Below are positions 39,998-52,572 of a stretch of DNA of 64,000 bases, piece after piece. Made by a program: the position numbers and the translations under genes. Position 1 is the first letter of the stretch. Each line of letters starts with the position of its first letter. Location of the stretch: assembly GCA_030770535.1 (NCBI GenBank), contig JASVEC010000001.1:2418001-2482000 (forward strand), in the 5' to 3' direction. This DNA comes from Batkoa obscura. Its lineage: Eukaryota. Below the pieces are notes generated by a model. That model was not told the origin of the DNA and searched no databases. It saw nothing but the letters and a program-made list of their open reading frames with translations.

Positions 39998-40100
39998 TAT
40001 GGGGATGTATTTTTATGTTTAAGAATTTTACTAACAATTTTTCCACTTAAATAATACTAAAAGATGGAAAAAGTGATGAAATCAAAAGAACCTCACCATA
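39998..40100 (-). mobile_element. MITE copy 7
   Basis: TATGGGGATGTATTTTT...aagatggaaaaagtgatgaaatcaaaagaacctcaCCATA. Confidence 0.8.
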
Positions 40101-42655
40101 TTAACTTTAAAACTCAACTTAGTTGAAAAAGAAACATTTAACATTAAGCTTACTTAGTGTTTATCATTAGTTTTTTAAATCAAACTTATATAGAAACTTA
40201 TAGAAAGTACTAGAGTATTTTAATCTAATCGAATTTAACAAAAATTTAAGTTTATTTTTTCTACAAATCCCCAAAACAATAAATTTTAAGAATTTAAAAT
40301 TTTAATTTTCAGAATTGGTGGTAAAATTTTTTTAATGTTATTAAATAAACCAATCATTTAAGAATTATAGAAAACTTATTTTTAATATATTCAACCCACA
40401 ATTTCAATAAACTTCATTCTTCAGAAACATATAAAAGCCTCCAGTTTTTCATCAAAGTTTTTTTTTATCGACATAATTTTAAAGATCATTTAATCTAGAA
40501 GTTTTTACTTTTAATTAAGTTTCAAACTGAAGATATATTAATGGTGATGCCTTATAATTATGTCATGGAACAATGTATTAAGAGTAATTTTTAACTTTGA
40601 GGATTAGAAAATTTATTTTCTATTGAATCAATGTTAAAGGTTTAATTGTTGAGTTCGTTTGAAAGATAGATTTTATTTAACTTGGATTTACTTGAGTTTT
40701 TTCGAAGATTCGTAATGAAAAGTGGTATTATTTTGATTTCTTACTGAATTCCTTTTATTCTAATGTTATTCTTTTTACAGATCGATATATTCTATATCCT
40801 TTCGGATGTACTATGTGCATGTGATAGTTGGGAAAAACCATATCGATTACATTTGATAATTTTTATTAATAAACAACTCACTCATTTTAAAAATGTTTTT
40901 TTCAGTTTACCTTTTTTATTGATATTTCTCTTTAAATTCCTTTTATTAAATTATATCTCATTATTCAAAAGTTTACTCTTATTAAATACAAGTTAATTAC
41001 TCCATATAAAAGGATTAAATAACAAGCTATAAGAGTATCTAAAAATATTTACGCTTGAAAAGAATTTTGATGTCGTTTAATTAGTTAACAGTATACACAG
41101 TGTATATCAATAATAGAGATATATCTCTATAAATGAGTCTAACAGAGTAATTGAATAAATATTCATGGGTCATCCCATCTCATTAGTTGATTTCAAATTT
41201 CAAAGTAAATAGTTCACTTGTTTCTAAGTTTAATCTAATCAATTACAGTGTTTTGATAAAATAATGTGATAATGATAATGATTTTTATATTTATGTTTAT
41301 ATTTATTACAGTTAAATGCATATATAAGAATTGATTTATAGCATATTGCTTATCAATTCATTTATTAAACTTATAGACTATAACATGAAAAGAAAGGAAA
41401 AAAAGTAGATACTGTCAATGCTAATACAAAACCAAGATTGACCCTTGAAAATTAAAATAGAATTGATAATCTGGTAAGTCAATTTTATATTATTAATAAT
41501 TATAGTTATATTTGAATTTTATATCAAAATAATGACTATAAAAAATATATATTATTCGAGATAAATGCTACTTATCAAATATATATTTGATTAAACTTGG
41601 TTATAAGAATTTAAATAAGAGATCGAGATACATGTAAGATGAGTTAACTAATAATAGTATTATAGTAATATTCAATTATTTTATAGTAGTCAAATTGGGC
41701 ATTGTTAGTAAAGAAACATCTACAACAGAAGAAATATAAATAGTGTTCCCAAAGGTAATAAATAACGACCTGATTTTGAAAAATAAGAAACAAGTTAATA
41801 GTAACTGTTTTGTTATAGAACATTTTATCTTTTACTTTATAAACTAACAAACAGATATTTATAATCTTCACTATTACATTAGTTCATAAGTTTATATTAT
41901 ATAATTACGGAGAATTGGCGGCTTATATAATACGAATCAATTATCATACTGTTTTATTTTTCAATTTTTCTTGTAATTTAAAAAAAATAGTCACTTCCTA
42001 TTAAATAGGTAATTAATGTTTTTAAATATACAATTGCTTAACATTATGAAATTTAAGATATTTAATACCAAATTAGCGACTTTTATTAACTATAATCATA
42101 AAACAAGTATTCATATTAACTTTATACTAAGGAAACTCGTATATAATTTTCTATGAAGTTTTATTTATAAACAACAATTGTTATTTATAAATGGAGACGG
42201 ATTATTATTAAAGTATCGGAGTTGATTGTTATAATAAAGATTGTGTTTATTTTTAACTTTTATATCTAAAAAAATAATTCCATATAGACGATTTAAAATT
42301 CGATAAAATATGATAAAAGTCACTTATTGTTTAATCTAGAAATAATTAAATTATGTATTTAATAGTTAAAAAAACGTCTTTCTAACTGTAAAATTATATA
42401 TATTTATTATTAAGAGAATACTAATAATAAGATATATATAATATTTTATAGTCTATATATTAAAAATAATAGATTAATAGCAATAACAATGACATCAATA
42501 GATATTTAAACCATTTAATTCAATTGGTGACATCATTTCAATTATAGGGTTTAGAATAACTTTTACAGTTGAAAGATAAAACTCTAATTATAAAACTAAT
42601 TTCAATTTACCTTTTGTATTAATAAATATTAGAATAATAAAAGTAAAATATCAGA

Positions 42656-44281
42656 ATGGAAACCAAGATGGGGAAAGAAGTAGCAGAAATTGATGAATTA
42701 ACTCATGAGTTCACACCTAAACAATATGAGTTACCAATACCAGGAACAGAAGGCAAATTATTTGATCAAAAAGACATTTTAAAAAATATACATTTTTATA
42801 TTAAAACGGGACTTGTTATAATTATGTTTATATTTTCAGCTATTGTTATTAATTCATTACAAATAATATGTTTACCATTGGCTTTATTTGATCGAAAAAA
42901 ATTTGACAATATAATTCATTTTACTCAACAGTTATTTGGTATATCCATGGTTGCTTTTCATCAACTTTTTGCACCTACTAGTTTTATTTTATATAAAGAT
43001 AGTTCTATTGAGGAATCCTTATACTCTCAAACCCCTTTAGATCCTGCATCAATTGATTCACCTGAAGATTATAAAACGAAATTAAATTTACCAGAGAGAT
43101 TATTACTTATTTGTAACCATCAAGTAATTATTATTTTAAATTTAAAAATTATTATATTATATTATATTATATTATATTATATTATATTATATTATATTAA
43201 TTAATTTTCTTTAGCTTTATTCTGATTGGATTTATATATGGTATAAAATTGAATATTTGATTTAAATGAAAATAATCTAAATTATTTAGGTGTTTTTCTT
43301 ATTTTGCTAGAAGACACGGGGATTTAAAAATTATATTAAAAAAAAGTTTAGCCAAGATACCAGTATTTGGATGGTAAGAATAAATAAAATGAAATATAAA
43401 TAAAATATAATATTTAATATATATTATTATTTTAGGGTAAATTATAATAAATTCAATTAAATAATAGAATAGAATATTAATAAGGATTATTATAAATAGG
43501 GTATGTGGTTTTTTGATTTTATATTTTTAGAACGTAATTGGACGAAAGATGAATTTAGTTTTATGGCACATATGAAGAAATTGAATCAATCTATTAAACC
43601 AATGTGGCTATTAATCTTTCCAGAAGGTACTACATTAACTGGAGATACAAGATATAAGTCTAAAATATTTGCTGAAAAAAATGGTTACGTAAGTATTAAA
43701 TATTTTATATTTTATATTTTATATTTTATATTTTATATTTTATATTTTATATTTTATATTATATATTATATATTTCATTATATTTAACTAATATATTATT
43801 TAATATTTAGGAAACTTATAAACATGTATTATTACCTAGAAGTCTTGGATTATTTAAATGTATTGAATCTTTAAAAGAAAGTGTAGAATATATTTATGAT
43901 ATAACTATTGGTATACCTGGAGTAAAAGCAGGTGAATCTCCACAATATATTTATACATTAGCTTTAATGTATGTAATTGGATTAAATCCTCAACAAATTC
44001 ATATACATATACGTCGATTTAAATTAAATGAAATACCTATTGATGAAGATGAATTTGGTAACTGGCTACGACTTAGATGGAAAGAAAAAGATGAATATTT
44101 AGATCATTTTTATAAACATGGTTGTTTTCATGCTGATGTACAACATCAACCTTCAATTATTAATGTTTCTTTAAGACATTTTTTTGAAATTTTTCAAATT
44201 CCGATGCTCTTTTTAACTTGGGTTATTATTATAATTTTATTTTATTATATTATTATACCCATTTATAATCAATTTTTTTAA
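42656..44281 (+). CDS. Lysophospholipid acyltransferase (PlsC; Cst26/LCLAT1-like), with predicted 1-nt exon at 43436
   Basis: ICNHQ|LYSDWIYIW, LKIILKKSLAKIPVFGW|GMWFFDFIFLERNW, LIFPEGT, HVLLPR..GL, IYDITIG, IHIHIRRF, WL..RWKEKD. Confidence 0.88.
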
Positions 44282-44568
44282 TTTTAAGATTATATTGAAA
44301 TTTATATAAAATAAATAATAAATTTTATTTGATTTTTTTTAAATTTAAATTTGATTTATAAAATATAAATTTACAAAGTTATATTCTATTATTCTATTAT
44401 AATTATTTTTTTGAATGAATCTTTAATACTTAATATATTATATTTTTATTAGTTAATTAAATATTTTGATTTTTAATTTTTGTTTTAAAAGTCTAATTTT
44501 TTTTGTACATTTATTTTATACAAAAGAGTGATTTATTTATCTTATAATTAGATTTTCATTTAGATAGA

Positions 44569-46095
44569 TTAGTTCTTTTTAACCAATTTAAGTAAGGCTT
44601 CAGTAGAAAGAGATTTTGGACGTTCAAGTGGTAAACCTAAAGCACGATCCCAAATAAGTTGAGATAATACACCAAGAGCACGTGATACACCAAATAATAC
44701 GGTATAATAATCTTGTTCAACAAGTCCATAATGTTGTAATAAGACACCGGAATGGGCATCAACATTTGGCCATGGGTTCTTAGTTTTGCCATGTTCAGTT
44801 AAAATACCTGGTACTAAGTTATAAAGTTTGCTAACTAATTGGAACATTGGGTCTTCTGGTAAATGTTTAAGAGCAAATTCACGTTGACAAGTGTATCTTG
44901 GATCAGTTTTACGTAAAACGGCATGACCATAACCTGGTACAACTTGACCAGATTTAAGGGTAGACCAAATATAATCCTTAATAGTTTCATCACTGGCATC
45001 ATTACCAACTTGAGCTTGCATCTTTTGAGTCCAACGGAGAACTTCTTGGTTAGCGAGACCATGAAGTGGACCAGCTAAACCATTAAGACCAGAAGCGAAA
45101 GAAAGGTAAGGATCAGAAAGAGCGGAACCAACTAAATGAGTAGTATGAGCAGATACATTACCACCTTCATGATCACTATGAATGGTTAAGTATAAACGCA
45201 TAAGTTCAACAAAATCTTTGTTTTGAGAGAAACCTAAAAGTTTAGCTAAATTGTGACCATAATCAGCATCAAGATCAATTTCAGCTAATTTGCCATTCTT
45301 ATAAACATTTTGGTAAATACGACCAGCAACATTTGGAAGTTTAGCAATAAGATCCATAGAATCTTCATAAGCAAAATCCCAATATTTAGATTTATGGATA
45401 CCTTGTTGATAAGCTTTAGCAAATTTACTATCATGTTGGAGAGCAGTGATAGCAAGGGAGAATTGAGACATTGGGTGTAAAGTTTTTGGTAAAGAATCAA
45501 TAAGTTCTTCAACAAATTTTGGGATTTCAGAACGAGCAGCCCATTCTTTAGAAAGAGCACGAGTTTGAGAAGCAGTTGGTACTTCACCGGTTAATAATAA
45601 CCAGAAAAGAGATTCTGGTAATGGTTCAGAACCACCTTCAGCAGCTGGAAGTTTTTGTTGGCATTCTGGGATGGTATAACCACGGAATCTAATACCTTCT
45701 TCAGCATCTAATACTGAACCTTCCCAGATCATACCTTTGATACCACGCATACCACCATAGGCCTATATTTTATTAATATTTATTTAAATAAATTATAACT
45801 TAACTTACCATATCTACAGTAACTTCACCTAAGGATTTGGATCCATACTCAGCTTTAACATGCTTTACTTCAGCTTGTTTTTCAGGGATAATTTCAGCGA
45901 GTCTATCTTTTAAGCCCTAATGTATGATTAGTTATTATAAATATAAGTTAAATATAAACTCACTGAAGCAGAGGCAGAAGAATAAAAACGAGATGGGATA
46001 GCAGAGCGGGTAGCGCAATTCTAATTATAAAGATAAATTAAGTACAATAATTGTAAAGGAGATGTTACCTTAAATAAAGAAACTAAACGAGTCAT
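44569..46095 (-). CDS. CIT1: Mitochondrial citrate synthase
   Basis: Presequence exons [74 protein letters not shown]. Confidence 0.97.
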
Positions 46096-46875
46096 TTAAT
46101 TTTATATTAAAAAAAACGTTTCGTTTTTGATATTTCATCTTTTATATTTTTTTCATAATCTAATGAATTCTAAATTAACCAATCATACTCGGAGTATGGA
46201 ATTTGCATTTGGTTATCTGATTCGCCTACTATCACCGTTTATTTTACTATATATTTTTTTGGATGGTTAATTATTTAACTTTTTAAATATGTAGCTAATA
46301 TTTTATCAAATCAAACTTTCAATATCAGTTATAAGCTTTTAAATCCTATTAAGCATAATAAAATACCTAAGTTTAGTTTTATAACAATAAACTAAAGGTA
46401 GTCGTCTCCGACTTATCTTAAACATTAATGATATTTAAGTCACGTTATTTTTTCGGTTTAAAATTAGGAAAAATGGGTGATTTGAATGTAATAACCAATA
46501 ATATTGCTTTCTTTTCTAGTTTGGGGAAAGAAAATTTTGATAGTTTATCCAATAAGTTATGGGTGCCTCTATCTGATGTCATAAAAAGTAGATTTTCTTG
46601 AGTTCACGTCTTAAAGAAATCCCTTAAAAATTGCAATTTTAATAATTTCTTGGATTAATTTTTCAATCAAAATTAAACTAAAGGATCTGCCCAAATTAAT
46701 AATGCAAAAATGATGATAATTTTAAGTTCAATTGAGTTAGAAAAAACAGGAATTTTTTTGGAATTAAATTAAGGCTATTATGGAGTTTTACTGTTAGAAT
46801 GAAATCATAAATAGTATAAAATAAAGCGTCAATAATTGATAAAAGTTCTTTCTTTAAAATTGTATTAAGATAAAG

Positions 46876-47107
46876 ATGTCTGAGGTAATAACTATTAACA
46901 ATATAAAATTTGATTAATGAATATAACTAGTATTAGAAATCCAATAAAAATTTGTGTCAAAAAGAAGCTTGTCAATTACAAACTTGTTTACAAAATAAAC
47001 AATATCAAGAAGCTAAGTGTCAAGAATATATTACTGCTTTAAGAGAGTGTTGTAAAAAAATCTTAGATGAAGGAAAAACGTCCACTTGTTGTCCAAAAAA
47101 ATTGTAA
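46876..47107 (+). CDS. CMC4: Cx9C mitochondrial IMS protein Cmc4/p8MTCP1 (absent from ORF track)
   Basis: MSE|KSNKNLCQKEACQLQTCLQNKQYQEAKCQEYITALRECCKKILDEGKTSTCCPKKL*; C-x4-C-x4-C-x10-C-x9-CC pattern typical of CMC4. Confidence 0.85.
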
Positions 47108-47308
47108 TAGTAGTTATGAAAACTGTAACCTTTTATTAAAGTATCCATCCCACTGTTTAACTTCATCCTTGTGAACCTATGTATTATTATTGAGATTGAG
47201 TATGTGATAAAATTATTATGTTAATAAAATATGTAGCTTTAATAAATCTGTTTAAATATATTTTAGAAGGAGTAAAATTTAAAGATAAAAATGCTTAAAT
47301 AATTATAA

Positions 47309-48489
47309 TTAATATTTATTAATTTCTTTTAAAAGAGATCTTTTAAGATAAGTTTGATTTTTGTTAACAATATTGACCACTTTAATTTTAAGCTCCTCAC
47401 TTAGCTTAAATAAGGCATTTTTTAGAATGGATAAAAGTAAATTGGAAAGCTTAATATTCTTATTGATTTGCAATGACTCATCAACTATTAAGTTTAATAA
47501 GCCTAAGCTAGCCTTTGAGTTTAATTTATAATTTAGCTTCATTAATATGAATTGAAATAACGATAATATTATATCATCGGTAATCCTAACCTTATCACTT
47601 CCGCAATGAGTAATCTCTCTTTATTCGTGTTAATATAAAATTTCAAATATAAAAAATATTACTCAATAAGCTTTTCAAAATGAGATTCATTATATGCGAG
47701 TGTCATTGCTTTACTTATGATATCAAATGTTTGTTCATCTAAAGAAAATTAGATGAAATTTAGCCAAACACTCGAAATTATATTACTCAATTTTTTATTA
47801 AGGATCATAGGAAGAATGATACCATTAATTGAACATAGTGGTCGTTGATTAAAGAACTGATTTAAACAATGAATTAAATCCCTAGGATACATCACTTGTT
47901 TAAAAAACTTTTAAAGTTTAGTTTAGATCAAGTACATTTTTAAATCAAATTACTTTTGGTAATAGAATTGTAGTAATTAAACTTTCATACTCAAAGTTAG
48001 AAAGTTCAACCTTATCTAAAAATAATTGACATGCCTCCAAAACAATTTCTTCATCCATAGATTCCCATTTAAGTTCTGTTAAATAGTTCTACAAAAATAT
48101 AACTTGATGTATGCTCATAATAAATTATCCTACTTTAAATTCAGGGTAGTTTAAAAACTTTAAAAATAAAACTTTAAAATTTTTCATTTTCATCTCATCA
48201 TTTGTATTAGCTAGTAACTTCAATTTCTCTAAGACTTTTTTTTAAGATAGTCTTTTTATAATTATAAATAAAAAATAATTACTAAGTTCACATTCATTTT
48301 CAGATTTTGAATTGTTAACTTCAGTCACATCTGCCTTTTTAAATCTTTTGGGTTGTTGAATATTTGTAGCGTATATAAAGTTAAAGATATTAATTATCAA
48401 TAATGGTTTAGGCTTTAAAAGGATATAATCAATGCGGATTGCGTTTGAATATGTGTATTTTTTGCTCGTACTATTCGAATCCGTTTCAT
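47309..48489 (-). CDS. FANCE C-terminal-domain-like protein (multi-exon; 5' end uncertain)
   Basis: Spliced helical repeats ESLITTILLPK|FFKQVMYPRDLIHCLNQFFNQRPLCSINGIILPMI ... NIKLSNLLLSILKN...IVNKNQTYLKRSLLKEI* resemble the FANCE C-terminus (SRLL..AL..F....; N.TFL++S+). Confidence 0.55.
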
Positions 48490-48797
48490 TTAAATTAATA
48501 AATTAAGAAAGATAATTTTAAAAAGTTAAATCATCAAATAAGTCAAAAAGCTAATAATTCCCATAATAATTTAAAATCCAAATTTTGTATTTTTCTGAAT
48601 TTTAAATATGGGTAGCCGATTAAGGAGAATTCTTTCACTTCCCAGAAATAACAGTGACAGGTTGAAGGTAGGTCATAGTATTAATAAAAGCATCCAATAT
48701 AAAATCCAAAAGTATTAACAAAGAGATGAAACAAAGGATTTATAAAAAAGAGATGACATAAAATAGATGGAAAATTACTAGTTAGAAATCTAATTGA

Positions 48798-49302
<505 letters not shown>

Positions 49303-50531
49303 ATAAATTAATAGGATTCTCGATATTTAAAATAAATATGTTTGAATTGGAATTGTCGAATTTAATTAAAAAAAAGTTAATAGTGAATGTAAATGTTAAA
49401 ATTATTTAACCGTTTAATATTGTCAAGTAGATTTTTATTAAGTTATAACAAACTACCAATGTCAATAAATATTACGAAGGTCGAAGAATTGAAGTTTTTG
49501 AGAATTGTTTACAAAAACAAATCAACTAATTTGATGAGTATAGGCCAAAAGCATAATTATAGATTAATAGTTTGAATATTCATAATCTATATATTCGAAG
49601 CATTATTTATAATATTTTAGGAGATTTTTTGTATTTAAATCTAATATAGGAAAGCTTATTATATTGTACTATATTGCTCTAAATACCATTTATAGTATGT
49701 TTGTTCTCATAGTTTACAGTTAAAGAATATCAAGTTATATTCATTTGATCAATAAACAAAATGAAATGAAGAAACATCAAACAAAAGTTCATTTAAATTT
49801 CATTTTAGTATAATTACTTAAACTATATTTAAAGCTTTTATTTCTCAAATACCAAATGTTCAATAATAATGCTCTTACCATAATATTTTCATTTTTTAAG
49901 GAATTTAAAATTTAATAAATATTAGATAAATGTTTGAAATACAAAAGCATGCCCATATAAATAAGTAGTATTAATCTTTTGTTCATTTCAAATTTTGATT
50001 TTTCATAACAATTTGGTCAATTATTAAATAAATTTCTTGGTCTATATAATATATGAATTTCAAATCTACTATTTATTAAACTACATAATAAATATTGATT
50101 AAAATACATAGGTCAATCTTTATATTTCAATATTATATATTTAAATTTAAATTTGGAAATTTCTAGTAATTTTAAATGATCAATTTTATGTTGAAGATTA
50201 AAGCTCAATAATTGATTTTTGATCTAATTTGATTTAATAAAATAAAATTATGAAGTGTTTAGAATTAGTTTATAATAGTAATCATAGTCAAAATTTCAAT
50301 AATATTTAATATAGTTTAACAAACAATAGATTTGAGGTATATTGGGCTATGGGGATTAATTATCTAGTATCAATCAAGTTATAAAAATTAAATAACACAT
50401 AATTTGAAGAGATTATAGGATAGCTATCGCTTTTTTACTATTTAAAACCAGTCAAATTAAATTAAACTTAAGCTATAGTGATTTGTTTTTAAACAAATTT
50501 CAAACTATTCACATCAAAATTTTAAATTGTA

Positions 50532-51944
50532 ATGGAATATACTATAGTGGAATATAATCCTAATTTGCCGTTTAAACGAGGCCGAGTCAAGCTAAAGAAT
50601 CAAAAAAGTAGGATGGAGGTGATATTTGACAAGATTCAACTAATTGAAAACTATTTACTAAAATTGAAACTAATTAGCGACGTTAACGGAAATCAATCAA
50701 GAGAGGATAATCATAGAAACAACCATAGCAATCTTTACAACTATTTAGTATGGGTTATATCAGTATTAAAGGATAGTAATACACTTAATGATAATAGTAA
50801 TAAAATAAATATTATTACTTCCAAGTTTATCAAAGATTGGAATGAAACTACATGTCAACATTTTCTCAATTCTGATATTATATTAAAAAAAGAATGTGAA
50901 CTAAATATTCTTGGCTTTAATGGAAGTTTTATTGAATCGGAAATTATGCATTACTTTAAAAAGACAGATCCGTTTATGTTTTGGAGTAATACTTGTTATT
51001 TAACTTCTATATTCAAAAATAAAGGGAATAATAATTTAAAACTAGCATTTTTATTAATTTTTTTAAGGTTTGGTAGTAAAAAGAACCAACAAGGAAGTCA
51101 ATGGGTTTATCAAAGGCTTAAAAAGGAAGTGTCCAGCCTATATTTAATGCAAACCTTTGAGAATTTATTAACACTAGTTTTGTTAGCTTTTTATGAACTT
51201 TCATACAATCATATTTTTAAATTTAAAGCTAGATTATCAGCAGCTATCAATTACGCACAAACTTTAGAATTGTATAAATTAAGTTCAAGTGAGGTGGAAT
51301 TTAATGTCAAAAACAACACTCAGCTTTCTCTCTATAAAAAAATATGGCATAATTTACTATTAGTATCCTTTACTCTTGGGACTTGTTTGGATGAAAAGGC
51401 AGTATGTTATTCATTTGATGATATTCAGTTTAAAGCTTTAATTCAGGAAAACAATGTTACCCCCTTCAAAGTTTATTTTCCAGTTTCTAAGTTTGAATCT
51501 CTAATTGTAATTCAACAAGCTCAAGCTAATCCTAAAAGGATTTATACAACATATAAACAGTTATTTCATTTGGTTGATATTACACGAGCTAAAATAAAAA
51601 ACATACCACTAAATTATCTTAGATTCATGTTGGATACTACCGAAGAAAAACAAATACCCTATCTTTCTGAATATGCTTTAAACCGAATTAAACAATTCCA
51701 TCCTACCCTTAACTTAAATTTAATTCACAGTAAAATTGAAAAAATAGCTTTCTGGTTAAACAAATATCACCTTACTGAAAATTGGTTAACTTTTGGTCCA
51801 ACTATGGCCCTTTCATTGTATCTTTGCATGATTACACCTCCAATTAGCTTTAACATCGTTTTGATTCCTATTCTAAACTTTTTAGAAATGGGTCCTATAG
51901 CTAATATATGTTATGATCAGATCCTTATTCATTCTTCATTTTAG
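50532..51944 (+). CDS. Hypothetical 470-aa protein, possibly a divergent fungal transcription-factor middle-homology-region protein without Zn cluster
   Basis: Intronless; basic N-terminal KRGR; IMHYFKKTDPF, FENLLTLVLLAFY, LSAAINYAQTLELYK..LYKKIWHNL echo the Fungal_trans layout. Family call tentative. Confidence 0.5.
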   Translation: MEYTIVEYNPNLPFKRGRVKLKNQKSRMEVIFDKIQLIENYLLKLKLISDVNGNQSREDNHRNNHSNLYNYLVWVISVLKDSNTLNDNSNKINIITSKFIKDWNETTCQHFLNSDIILKKECELNILGFNGSFIESEIMHYFKKTDPFMFWSNTCYLTSIFKNKGNNNLKLAFLLIFLRFGSKKNQQGSQWVYQRLKKEVSSLYLMQTFENLLTLVLLAFYELSYNHIFKFKARLSAAINYAQTLELYKLSSSEVEFNVKNNTQLSLYKKIWHNLLLVSFTLGTCLDEKAVCYSFDDIQFKALIQENNVTPFKVYFPVSKFESLIVIQQAQANPKRIYTTYKQLFHLVDITRAKIKNIPLNYLRFMLDTTEEKQIPYLSEYALNRIKQFHPTLNLNLIHSKIEKIAFWLNKYHLTENWLTFGPTMALSLYLCMITPPISFNIVLIPILNFLEMGPIANICYDQILIHSSF

Positions 51945-52572
51945 AATAAATAATTGTAATAGTATAAACTTGTTTTTATATATACTTATTTAATTTGTAA
52001 TGCTATGTAAATATATTTAAATAGTCTTGATCAGGTGAAAGTAACAGCTTCAAATGAAGATTACAACTAATAACTAGAATAACTTTTTAACAACTAATTT
52101 ATATATGATTTAAGAATACTCACTTTACAAATTTTTAGTTTTTATATTGAAATAATTCAATCATACTATCTGTATCAATACTTTACAAGTAAATAGAAAG
52201 TAAACCATTATTTTGATTTACTATTGGCATTTGAAATTGATTGCAATATTATTTAACATTTTATTTAAATACAACTATTAAAATAAATAGGTTAAATATT
52301 CAACATTGGTTCGATTTACGCAAATCGGAGTAAGTTACAGCTAGTAAAATCGCAAAATTAGGATTCGATGTTAGCCAATCAATTTAGGCCTAATTCTTAG
52401 ATTATCGATCTAATCCTGATAAGATTAAATGGGTGATTGGAGGAAACATTTAAAGTATTGACATCAAATAATTGCTAATTCAATTCTTCAAGTTACTTGT
52501 GGGTTTATTTGACCATAAAGTAATTGACTATATATTGGATTTGTACGATAAACTAATTATTATTTTATTAGA

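Noticed and set aside
40763..41871. ORFs 40763-40996 and 41644-41871
   Set aside because: F/L/I/N/Y-rich translations typical of random AT-rich DNA.
49393..49575. 60-aa ORF resembling a mitochondrial presequence
   Set aside because: No downstream exons or conserved domain found; compatible with chance.
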